A stretch of 64,000 bases of DNA from an uncultured Planctomycetaceae bacterium. GTDB lineage: Bacteria > Planctomycetota > Planctomycetia > Pirellulales > Lacipirellulaceae. How positions within the stretch are numbered: position 1 is the first letter of the stretch; each line of letters opens with the position of its first letter. The stretch lies in assembly GCA_964353155.1 (NCBI GenBank), contig CAYGUP010000012.1, positions 4,828 to 68,827 on the forward strand, given 5' to 3'. Of the stretch, positions 1-9,200 are shown in pieces. The translations under genes and the position numbers were made by a program. The notes under the pieces are model-generated. The model saw only the letters and a list, made by a program, of their open reading frames with translations, was not told the DNA's origin and did no database searches.

Positions 1-1
1 C

Positions 2-409
2 TACGTGGCGATGATCGCCCGCCGGCGGATGATCGACCTGATCCGACGCTCGAAGGCGGCCCGCCGAACCCTCAACCCGGACGAAGCGAGTGGCCTGGGA
101 GCCCCGCCGGCGGTTGAAGAGCTGGCGGCGGCGGGGCCGACCACGATCCAGGCCGATGGGGTCGGGTTGCAGGGCTTCGAGATCGCCGAAGAAGCCGAGC
201 GGGTCCGCGTCCAGATGGCTGCGCTCAGCGAAGACCAACAGAGGGTCCTCCGGCTCGCCCTGGTCGAGGGCCAGAGCCAGGCTCAGATCGCCGAATCGAC
301 CGGTTGGCCGCTGGGGACCGTGAAATCCCACGCCCGCCGCGGCATGAAGCGGCTCCGCGAACTGCTTTCCCAAGAATCGAACACCCCACGCCAGGAGGCC
401 AATCGATGA
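2..409 (+). CDS. ECF RNA polymerase sigma factor (SigK-like), 5'-truncated at window edge
   Basis: End of region 2 (IARRRMIDLIRR) and region 4 (LSEDQQRVLRLALVEGQSQAQIAESTGWPLGTVKSHARRGMKRLR); frame open to window start; stop overlaps next ATG (ATGA 406-409). Confidence 0.9.
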   Translation, partial: YVAMIARRRMIDLIRRSKAARRTLNPDEASGLGAPPAVEELAAAGPTTIQADGVGLQGFEIAEEAERVRVQMAALSEDQQRVLRLALVEGQSQAQIAESTGWPLGTVKSHARRGMKRLRELLSQESNTPRQEANR

Positions 410-1251
410 GCAACGCTCCTCATAACGGGCCTCCCGGCCTACCGCCCGACGACGCGGCGCGGCTAGAAGAGCTCCTCGCCGACCGGGCGGTCTTCGGCCT
501 CGACTCGGCCGACGACTTAGAAGAGCTCGACAACCTGCTCGCCGCCGCCGGCCACGACGATGACTTCGAGGCGGACCTGATCGCCGCCTCGGTCGCGACG
601 AGCCACACGGCCGTGGCGGAGCCGATGCCCGCGACGCTGCGCGAGCGGGTCCTCGCCGCCGCGCCGCATAAGGCTACCCTGCACAAGAACGAGCCGGCCT
701 CGGTCGCCAGTCCTCGCACCTCGGGTTCGGACCCCGGCCAGATGGGATGGAAGACGATCGCGATGGCGGTCGCCGCCGGGTTGCTGGTTTCGCTGATGAT
801 CAACAACCTCCGCCCCGCTCCGACGCCGACGCTCGCCGATAACCGGGCCGCGTTGATCGCGGAGGCCGGCGACCTCGTGCAAGTCGCCTGGGCGCCACAG
901 CCGGATGACTCGGTGCAGGAAGGCCTCGAAGGCGATGGCGCGTACGGCGATGTCGTGTGGTCCGATGCCACGCAGACCGGCTACATGCGTTTCCACGGCC
1001 TCAAGGCGAACGACCCGACGGTCGAGCAGTACCAACTCTGGGTCTTCGACGAGGCCCGCAACGCCGAGCACCCGGTCGATGGGGGCGTGTTCGATATCGC
1101 CGCCAATACGAACGACCGCGGCGAGGTGATCGTGCCGATCGACGCCAAGCTGCCGATCACGAAGGCAACGCTCTTCGCGATCACCGTCGAAAAGCCGGGC
1201 GGCGTGGTGGTCTCCGATCGCTCCCGGCTGCCCTTGCTCGCTCAACGCTGA
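406..1251 (+). CDS. Anti-sigma factor, RskA-like
   Basis: Coupled to the sigma gene; N-terminal cytoplasmic helices, one TM (IAMAVAAGLLVSLMI), C-terminal YQLWVFD...GGVFD...FAITVEKPGGVVVS typical of RskA domains. Start moved from 304 to ATG 406. Confidence 0.8.
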   Translation: MSNAPHNGPPGLPPDDAARLEELLADRAVFGLDSADDLEELDNLLAAAGHDDDFEADLIAASVATSHTAVAEPMPATLRERVLAAAPHKATLHKNEPASVASPRTSGSDPGQMGWKTIAMAVAAGLLVSLMINNLRPAPTPTLADNRAALIAEAGDLVQVAWAPQPDDSVQEGLEGDGAYGDVVWSDATQTGYMRFHGLKANDPTVEQYQLWVFDEARNAEHPVDGGVFDIAANTNDRGEVIVPIDAKLPITKATLFAITVEKPGGVVVSDRSRLPLLAQR

Positions 1252-1310
1252 GAAGCAGGTTGAGTTGCAGTCCGCCTTGCGCCGGCCTACAGGCGTCTAA
1301 CCTGATGATT

Positions 1311-1337
1311 CTTGGCGCTCTTGGCGTCTTGGCGGTT
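1311..1337. repeat. Short tandem repeat (cttggcg x3), lone arm of the 8-9 bp periodic intergenic palindrome family
   Basis: cttggcgct-cttggcgt-cttggcggtt; reverse complement aaccgccaagacgccaagagcgccaag resembles the arms at 56108-56180. Confidence 0.55.
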
Positions 1338-1403
1338 CCTTCCCGTCGGCGGTAGTTATCATAGGCGGCTCATCCAAGCCCTTCTCCCGCTGAGACCACG
1401 CCG

Positions 1404-2354
1404 ATGAAACGCCGCGCCTTCCTTGCCAAGACCGGGCTCGCCACCGCCGGAGCCGCCGCGGCGGCCGTTTCGACTTCCGCTCCGGCCTCGGCACAGCAAG
1501 GGGGCTCGGGGCAAGAAGGGCCGCGCCCGCCGAAGCCGTTCAAGCTCCGCTACGCGCCGCACTTCGGGTTGTTCGAGGAGACCGCAGGCAAAGACAAGGT
1601 CAAGCAGCTCGAGCACGCCGCATCGTTGGGCTTCCGCGACTGGGAAGACAACCGGATGCACAAGCGGCCAATCGAAGAGCAGCAACTCTTGGCCGACGCG
1701 ATGGAGCGACTCGGCATCCGGATGGGCGTCTTCGTGGCGTACGGCATCGGGGCGTTCAACAAGACCGCGTTCACCGGCAGCGACCAGAAGCTCCGCGACC
1801 AAGCGGTCGAAGAGGTCCGCGCCGCGATCGAGGTCGCCAAGCGGGTCAACGCGAAGTGGATGACGGTCGTGCCCGGCGCTTTCAACAACGGTGTCGAAGA
1901 GGGCTATCAAACGGCCCGCTGCATCGACCTCTTGCGGCGTTGCGCGGACGTGCTCGAACCGCACGGCTTGGTGATGGTCTTGGAGCCGCTCAACTGGTGG
2001 ACGAACCACGCCGGGCTCTTCCTCCGCGAGACGCCGCAGGCGTACGAGATCTGCCGGGCGGTCAATAGCCCGTCGTGCAAGATCCTCTACGACATCTACC
2101 ACCAGCAGATCCAAGAAGGGAACCTGATCAAGAACATCGACCGGGCGTGGGACGAGATCGCCTACTTCCAGGCCGGCGACAACCCGGGCCGCAACGAACC
2201 GGGCACCGGCGAGATCAATTACCTGAACGTCTTCAAGCACATCCACTCGAAGGGTTTCGAGGGCGTCGTCGGCATGGAGCATGGCAAGAGCCGCGACGGC
2301 GTTGCGGGTGAGAAGGCACTGGTGGATGCCTACCGGGCGGTGGATGCGTTTTGA
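1404..2354 (+). CDS. Tat-exported hydroxypyruvate isomerase / xylose-isomerase-like TIM barrel protein
   Basis: Twin-arginine signal MKRRAFLAK; LEPLN, LYDIYHQQIQEG, YFQAGDNPGRNEPGTGEINY, VGMEH motifs of the Hyi/AP-endonuclease-2 family. Confidence 0.85.
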   Translation: MKRRAFLAKTGLATAGAAAAAVSTSAPASAQQGGSGQEGPRPPKPFKLRYAPHFGLFEETAGKDKVKQLEHAASLGFRDWEDNRMHKRPIEEQQLLADAMERLGIRMGVFVAYGIGAFNKTAFTGSDQKLRDQAVEEVRAAIEVAKRVNAKWMTVVPGAFNNGVEEGYQTARCIDLLRRCADVLEPHGLVMVLEPLNWWTNHAGLFLRETPQAYEICRAVNSPSCKILYDIYHQQIQEGNLIKNIDRAWDEIAYFQAGDNPGRNEPGTGEINYLNVFKHIHSKGFEGVVGMEHGKSRDGVAGEKALVDAYRAVDAF

Positions 2355-3004
2355 GCGACGGGTTGCACATCGCGAGTTGGCCGCTCGAAGAGCCCGCGGC
2401 GATTGTCGCCAAGCTCCTCGGATGGCTCAGCGACGACGAGCGTCAGCGAGCCGATACGTTCACACGCGAAGAGGCCCGCCGGCGGTTCGTTGTCGGCCGG
2501 GGCCGGCTGCGGCAGCACCTCGGGGAGCGGCTGAACGTCGCGCCGAACACGATCGCCTTCCGCTACGGCCCCGCCGGCAAGCCGGAGGTGGCCAACGATC
2601 CGACGACGCATTTCAACCTGGCCCACTCCGGCGAACTGGCCCTCTTGGCGATCGGCGACCGGCCGGTCGGGATCGACCTGGAACGCCGCCGGCCGATGAA
2701 GAACGCTCGGGGCCTCGCCGAACGCTGGTTCCACCCGGCGGAGGTGGCCCGGATCGCCGCCGCGGAGGCATCGCTCGACGAGTTCTTCCGCACGTGGACG
2801 ATGAAAGAGGCCGCATTGAAGCTCGTCGGCGTGGGCGTCGGCGAGTCGCTCCCCAAGGTGCGCACGCCCGACGACCCAGCCGGCGGCCTCGCCACCGGCT
2901 TGCCCGCCAACGCGTTGGGCGTGGCCTGCTGCCGTGTCGAACCGATCGCCAGCGACGCGGCGTTCTCAGCGGCGATCGCGTTGCCGCCCGACGGCGACGC
3001 TTGA
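2351..3004 (+). CDS. 4'-phosphopantetheinyl transferase (Sfp type)
   Basis: YGPAGKP, FNLAHSG, VGIDLE and WTMKEAALK motifs; TTG start overlaps the upstream stop. Confidence 0.92.
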   Translation: MSDGLHIASWPLEEPAAIVAKLLGWLSDDERQRADTFTREEARRRFVVGRGRLRQHLGERLNVAPNTIAFRYGPAGKPEVANDPTTHFNLAHSGELALLAIGDRPVGIDLERRRPMKNARGLAERWFHPAEVARIAAAEASLDEFFRTWTMKEAALKLVGVGVGESLPKVRTPDDPAGGLATGLPANALGVACCRVEPIASDAAFSAAIALPPDGDA

Positions 3005-3853
3005 GGCGATGAGTAGCAAGACCGCGGTGGTCGGCTCTGGGATGGCCACGGACGAAGCAGCAGAGTGGAACGTCGTGCCCAGGTTGTCGCGCCAAACCGT
3101 GTAGTCGGCCGCATCGACCCGGCCATCGGCGTTGCCGTCGGCGGCGAGCCGCGCGCCGATCGAGCCGTATTGCTGCGTCCACAGCGTGTAGTCGACTTCG
3201 TTCACCACGCCGCTGTTGTCGTAGTCGCCCGGCAGGGCGAACTCGAAGAGCACCTCCGCCGCGCCGTAGCCGGGCAGCGGATCACCGGTGAGCTCGTGGC
3301 CCAAGTAGACGCGGTACGACGCCCAATGCGGATGGCTCATGAAGTCTTCGGCGGCGTAGTAGTTGTGGACCATCGTGGTGGTGGACCACTTCCACCGCGT
3401 CAGCGTGCCGGCCGTGCCGAAGATCGGCGCGTAGCCGGGCGTCTCGGGCGGGGCTTGGTAGACTTCGAGGCCTTCGGACGAAGCGGTCTGCTCGATCCAA
3501 TACGTCCCGCCCGTCGGGAAGACGGTGAAGCCGCTCGGGTTCCAGCCGTACTGGGCGTTGTGGGCTTTGCCCTGGAGCACCGACCAAGGCTGTAGCGGGT
3601 CGAACGAAACGCCTTCGGGCAACGGGCGGAGGCGGGGGGCCTGGATCGAGGTATCGATCTCGACCTCCACCGCGTCCATGAACGCGACATGGAACGCGAC
3701 GTCGGCGTGCTTCATCGGCGCGCCGGCTTCCATTGTGACGGTCCCGCCACCCAGCGACGGGCGAACGAACTCGGCGTTGGCAGCGGCCGCCATCGCCAAC
3801 AACATCGTCAGCGGTGTGAGCGTATGTAGCGGAATGATTCGATTGGATTGCAT
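2966..3853 (-). CDS. PEP-CTERM surface protein with Met/His motifs and dockerin-like repeat (paralog 1)
   Basis: Signal peptide; GAPMKHA, KAHNAQYGW, MVHNYY; GDYDNSGVVNEVDY...ADGNADGRVDAADYTVWRD; C-terminal IPEPTTAVLLLIASSVAVGRQRDRR. Confidence 0.85.
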   Translation of the reverse strand: MQSNRIIPLHTLTPLTMLLAMAAAANAEFVRPSLGGGTVTMEAGAPMKHADVAFHVAFMDAVEVEIDTSIQAPRLRPLPEGVSFDPLQPWSVLQGKAHNAQYGWNPSGFTVFPTGGTYWIEQTASSEGLEVYQAPPETPGYAPIFGTAGTLTRWKWSTTTMVHNYYAAEDFMSHPHWASYRVYLGHELTGDPLPGYGAAEVLFEFALPGDYDNSGVVNEVDYTLWTQQYGSIGARLAADGNADGRVDAADYTVWRDNLGTTFHSAASSVAIPEPTTAVLLLIASSVAVGRQRDRR

Positions 3854-3930
3854 CTCACCCCTCCCGGGTTAGAAACGGCCCGGCCGCGATTGGCTGGTCG
3901 CGGCCGGGCGAAAGAGCGAACGACCGCGCC

Positions 3931-4617
3931 TCAGCGACGCGTGCGGAGCGTCGTGGCGACGGCGATCAGCAGCAGGCCGAGCGTCACCGGCTCAGGGACC
4001 GGCGTGGCGGACCAAGCGAAGGTAACCGTGTCATCGCCATACACCGGTGCGCCGAGTGCATCGGTCGGTTCCACGCCGGTGACCGCGTCGGCCAGGTAGA
4101 CCCGGTAGATCGCTTCGTAGCTTGCCTCTGTCGGATTCGTGACCGCGTACACGTTGTGCGTCATCACGCCGCTCCAAACCCAAGGCGCGCCGGCCGCGAA
4201 GATCGGCTCGAAGGTCATCATCCGGATCGTCTCCTCGCTCATGAAACGCCCCCCTTCGTAAACCTCCAGCCCCGGCGTGCTGGCGAGTGGCTCGACGTAC
4301 ACGCTCAGCCCGGCCGGCGGCGCCCACGTGCTGCCGAGCACCCAGCCGTATTGGAAGTTGTGGGCCTTGCCGCTCAGCACCGCCCACGGCTCGGCGGGAT
4401 CGAACTCGTGCTCGGTCAGCCCACGCAGCAACGGTGTGGCGACCGACTCGTCGACGTGGACCGAGATATCCGTGCCGTCGAAATCGATCGAGGCGTGCTT
4501 CATCGGCGCGCCATCCATGCGGGTGACCTGGGCGCCGCCCATGGTCGGGAGCACGCTGTGAGCCGAGGCCACTCCGCTAAGCAAAATAGAGAAAGCACAT
4601 ATGGGTAGCATCTTCAT
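3931..4617 (-). CDS. PEP-CTERM surface protein with Met/His motifs (paralog 2)
   Basis: Signal peptide; GAPMKHA, KAHNFQYGW, MTHNVY shared with paralog 1; C-terminal VPEPVTLGLLLIAVATTLRTRR. Confidence 0.85.
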   Translation of the reverse strand: MKMLPICAFSILLSGVASAHSVLPTMGGAQVTRMDGAPMKHASIDFDGTDISVHVDESVATPLLRGLTEHEFDPAEPWAVLSGKAHNFQYGWVLGSTWAPPAGLSVYVEPLASTPGLEVYEGGRFMSEETIRMMTFEPIFAAGAPWVWSGVMTHNVYAVTNPTEASYEAIYRVYLADAVTGVEPTDALGAPVYGDDTVTFAWSATPVPEPVTLGLLLIAVATTLRTRR

Positions 4618-4682
4618 CGCTTGTAAATCCTGTTTGTGTAAGGCTCGTTGCTAAGCCTTTGGTTCATGTAAGGCGACGCTCT

Positions 4683-5426
4683 TCAACGCTCGCCCGCCGT
4701 GCCGGGATTCCACCGGTCGAGCGGGATTGGTTCGCTGAGGTCGAACGTCGTTTCGAAAGCGGCCGAGGCCGCGTGACCATCGACCCACAGGTAGTTGGAC
4801 ACCCCGGCGTGGCGGTCTTGGGCCACGTCGGGTTTGGCGTTCCGAGAAACCCATAAGTGGGCCATCAGGTGATCTTGCTTCCCTTCCACCTCGGCGAAGA
4901 GCACCGTGCGTGAGGTCGCCGGCACGCTTTGCAGGCGTGGGTAGACCGGCCCCTTGGGCTCGCCCAAGACCTCGCCGCTCTCGCTGGGGAGCAGCTCGAA
5001 CCACGCGTTCTTGCCGTAGCTGTAGTGCCGCGGCCCACGCCGCTCGTCGTCGGGGCAGCGGTAAACGCTGTCCATCAGCACGGCGGGGTACGGGTCACGC
5101 TTCGGGTCGAACGCCGGGTTCAACGACGCGGCGAGCGTCCACGGCCACGGGGCCACCCGCTCGCGCGTGGCGGAGTGCGTGCTGCGTGGGAACTCGCCGT
5201 TGTGGGTGTCGAGGTGCAGGTGCACCGCGAGGCCGATCTCACGCAGTTGGTGGAGGCATTGCGTGCGCCGTGCCGCGCCGCGAGCCGCTTGCACGGCCGG
5301 CAGCAACAACGCCACGAGCACCCCGATCACCGCGATGACGACCAGGAGTTCCACCAGCGTGAACCCGCCTCGGCTTGGCTGCGTGCGCAGCATGGCCGGG
5401 AGACTCCGCTTGGAAAGGGATGTCAC
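4683..5426 (-). CDS. DUF1559-type prepilin (N-terminal cleavage/methylation site, H-X9-DG motif)
   Basis: [31 protein letters not shown]; YRCPDD; [14 protein letters not shown]. Confidence 0.92.
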   Translation of the reverse strand: MTSLSKRSLPAMLRTQPSRGGFTLVELLVVIAVIGVLVALLLPAVQAARGAARRTQCLHQLREIGLAVHLHLDTHNGEFPRSTHSATRERVAPWPWTLAASLNPAFDPKRDPYPAVLMDSVYRCPDDERRGPRHYSYGKNAWFELLPSESGEVLGEPKGPVYPRLQSVPATSRTVLFAEVEGKQDHLMAHLWVSRNAKPDVAQDRHAGVSNYLWVDGHAASAAFETTFDLSEPIPLDRWNPGTAGER

Positions 5427-5465
5427 GAGCCAATCGCAGGCGCAGCAACCACGCCGCGGCTTCGA

Positions 5466-6221
5466 TCAACTCAGGGAGAATCCCAGCCCATCGGGCGGCG
5501 GCGGCGTGGGGGCGTCGCCCGGGCGGCACCAGAGTGGTGCGGGGGCCGGCGTGGCGTAGACGGTCACTTCGGTCGTGACCACTTCCGCCGCCGGCGGGAT
5601 CGGCGCGTGGCCGAGTTGCATCCAGGCCTCGGCGAGGCCTTGGCACGCCATCGCCTTGAGCAATGCCACGCCCGGCGTGGGCCGCTCGTTCGGCGACTGG
5701 TCTTCTGGTTGGCTTGCCGGGGTCTCGCACGTCGGCTGGCTATCGCAACAAGCGAGCCGCTGCCGGCAGCAGGGCGGCAACGCCTGCTCAGCGGGGGCCG
5801 ATCCGGGCTTCTCGCATCGCACCTGGTAGCGAGCCATCGGCCGCCACTCGCGGATATCGAGGCCGGCCCGCTCGGCATCGTCGAGCGCCGTCTCCGGTGG
5901 GCGGACGCCCTCGCTCTTGGCCCAGGAGATCCGCTGCGCGAGCGTGTGACAGCAGCAGGCGTTCCAGCAATGCTCGGCGGTGCCGCAACCGCAAGGGCAC
6001 GCCTCGCAGGGGAAACGCTCGGTGTCTTCCACCGCCGGCAGCGTCCAAGCCACCACCGACGACAACGGCAACGGCGCACCGCTCACCACGACCACCGTGT
6101 AGGCGGCGAGCAGAGCGGCGAGCAGGCGACGGGGCTTCAAGCGGTTCGGGGCCAGAACGGACGAGGGACCGATGGCAAACCCCCAATCGTACCCGACACC
6201 CTTTCGCGGCGGTAAGGCCAT
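5466..6221 (-). CDS. Cys-rich membrane-anchored protein, putative metal binding
   Basis: Hydrophobic segment then RFPCEACPCGCGTAEHCWNACCCHT, PPCC..LACC..PTCE, AMACQG; start at ATG 6221, 10 nt after the PKS stop. Confidence 0.75.
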   Translation of the reverse strand: MALPPRKGVGYDWGFAIGPSSVLAPNRLKPRRLLAALLAAYTVVVVSGAPLPLSSVVAWTLPAVEDTERFPCEACPCGCGTAEHCWNACCCHTLAQRISWAKSEGVRPPETALDDAERAGLDIREWRPMARYQVRCEKPGSAPAEQALPPCCRQRLACCDSQPTCETPASQPEDQSPNERPTPGVALLKAMACQGLAEAWMQLGHAPIPPAAEVVTTEVTVYATPAPAPLWCRPGDAPTPPPPDGLGFSLS

Positions 6222-6231
6222 CGCTGCGGCG

Positions 6232-9200
6232 TTACGTCGCGGCTGGCTGCGATGCGGCCGCTGTTTGCACGAGGTCTTGAGCGATCGCCGCCGCTCCCTC
6301 GCCACTCATCATCGTGAAGTGGTCGCCCGGCACGGTGCTCTCGGTCAGACGATCGCCGAGCCGCTCCCGCCAGAAATCGACTCCCCGACTGGTCAGCGTG
6401 GTGACCGCTTCGAGTGCCCCGCCGATCGTGGGGGTGAAGAAGCGGACCGGGGCATCAATCGGGTGGGGCTGGTAGCCGCGGGTCGCAACGACCAGGGCTT
6501 CGCCGACCGCGATGAGCCGACGGATGTATGACTCATCGACCTCCGCCGGAACTAGGCCGGCTTCCTTGGCGATGGCGAGCGTCTTGGCGAACCGCTCGTG
6601 CTCCGACTCGCCATCGACCGTGTCGCCGCCGAGGCTCTCGACCCGCTTGCCGGCGAAGCGGGCCGCGAAGTCGAGGATCGCCGCGAGGAAGACCGCGTCG
6701 TCCTCGGTATCGACCTCGTCGTAGACGCTCGGTGTGGGCGCATCCAACAGCGTGACGCCCGCGACGGTCGCGCCGTCCGCTTCGAGTCGCGCCGCCACCT
6801 CCAGGGCCGTGATGCCGCCGGTCGACCAACCGGCCAGTTGGTAAGGCCCTTCTGGCTGGTGGTGACGGATGGCGGTGGCGTAATCGCGGGCGGCGTCTTC
6901 GAGCCGGTCGTGCGGCGTGTCGTCGGTATCGAGGCCGCGCGGGCGGATCGCAATGACCGGTTGGTCGGCGGGAAGGGCCTCGGCCAGATGGCGATAAGCG
7001 CCGGCGTCCCCGCCGAGGACCGGCATCAGGAAGATCGGCGGCGTCCCCGCGGCCCCTTCGCGGAGCGTCACCAGCGGTTGCCACTCGGCCGCCTTCGCCG
7101 CGGGCGCTTCGCCGACGAGTTCTTCGGCGGCCGCCTCGGCGAGCGTGACGACACTCGGCCCGGCGAGCAGCTTGCCCATCGGCAGCGTGATCGCCAGCTT
7201 CGCTTCGAGGTTGTTCTTGAGTTCCAACGCCATCAGTGAATCGATGCCGATCGCCGTCAACGGCGCGGCGGGATCGATCTCTTCGGCGGCGACGCTGGTC
7301 ACCCGCGCGAGCTCGCTCCGGACCATCTCCACGAGTTCCTCGGTCCGTTCCTCGGCCGAGGCTCCGAGCAGTCGCTGGCGCAGCGCGGCATCGCCGCGGC
7401 CACCGGCCGCGGTGTCTGCCTCGACGAGTAAGCCTTCGAGCAGCGCCGGTCGGCGGCCCGCCATCAGCTTCGACATCGCCTCCCAGCGGGCGTCCAACAC
7501 CGACACGGCGGGTGTCTCGGTCGCCATGATGCGGCCCATCAGGCCGAGCGCCTCGTCGGCCGGCAACAGGTCCATCCCCTTGCTGCGGACCGCGTCGGCC
7601 GTGTCGCCGGCGGCCATCCCGCCCCCGGCCCACGGGCCCCAAGCGAGGCTCGTCGCCGGGAGACCGTGCGTGCGGCGGTGTTGGGCGAGGGCGTCGAGCG
7701 ACGCATTCGCGGCGGCGTAATTCGCTTGGCCCGGCGAGCCGAGCGTCGCGGCGACGCTCGAAAACAGCACGAACTGCTGGACGCTCGCCAACGGCGAATC
7801 GGCGTCCTGGGTCGCCTCGTGCAGATGCCAAGCCCCGATCGCTTTCGGCCGCATCACCTTCGCGAACCGCTCCGCGTCGAGGTCCGTGATCAGGCCGTCG
7901 TCCAAGACGCCGGCCGCGTGGATCACGCCCGCCATCGTCGGGAAGTCTTTGGGCAGTTCTTCCAGCGAGGCGGCCAATGAATCGGCGTCGCCGACGTCGC
8001 CTTGCAAGCAAACAGCCTCGGCACCGGAAGTGCGCAGTTCGTCTAGGAATGATTGAGCCTCGGCGTTCGGCTCGCGGCGCGACATGAGGGCCACGCCCCC
8101 CGCCCCGCGGTCTATAAGCCAACTCGCCACCTGTCGGCCCAACGCGCCGAGCCCGCCGGTGATCAAGTACCCGCCGCCACGCAGGACCGGGCCTTCTTCC
8201 GCGGCCTCGGCCTCCTCCGGCCGCATCGAGACAACGACCTTGCCGATATTCTTCCGCAGCGACATGTAGCGGAACGCATCGGCCGTCTTGTCGGTCGCGA
8301 AACGGGTGAACGGCAGCGGCCGGTACACGCCTTCGTCGAACCGCTGCATCACGTCGGCGAAGAGCCGGCGGACCTGCTCGGGGCGTTCGCGTAGCAAGCG
8401 GTCGAGGTCGATCGCGAAGTACGACAGGTTATCTTGGAACGGCAGCAGGCCGATCTTGTGGTCTTGGTAGATGTCGATCTTGCCGATCTCGCAGAACCGG
8501 CCGTACGCCCGCAGCAGGCCGAGGCTCGCGTCGATCGCGTCGCCCGGGAGCGAGTTGAGGACCACATCGACGCCCTCGCCGCCGGTCGCTTCGCGGACCT
8601 GTTGCACGAAGTCGAGCGAACGCGAGTCCATCACGTGCTTCACGCCGAGCGAACGGAGCAGGTCACGCTTCTGGTCGCTGCCGGCGGTGGCGAAGACCTC
8701 AGCGCCGGCGTCTTGGGCGATCTGCAACGCCGCCAAACCGACGCCACCGGCCGCCGCGTGGATCAAGACCCGTTCGCCTCGCTCGATCTGCGCGAGCCGG
8801 ACCAACGCGTGGTGGGCCGTGAGGAAAACGATCGGGATGGTCGCCGCCTCTTCGTGGGTGATGCCGGCCGGCTTCTTGACCATCGCGTAGGCGGCCGTCG
8901 TCGCGTATGAGCCGAAGGCATACGGCAGCACGCCGATCGCCTCGTCGCCGACGCGGAGGTGCTCGACCCCCTCGCCAACCGCGGTCACCACGCCGGAGGC
9001 CTCGATCCCCAGCGGCACCACGGCATCGCGGATGCCCGGGTAGAGGCCGAGGGCCTTAAGCACGTCGCTGAAGTTGAGGCCGGTCGCGTGGACCTCGATC
9101 TCGATTTGCCCCGCTTCGGGAACCGTTCGCTGGGCGGCCTCGTACGCGAGCCCGTCGAACGAGCCGCTCCGTTTCAAGCCGAGCCGCCAGCTCGCCGCGT

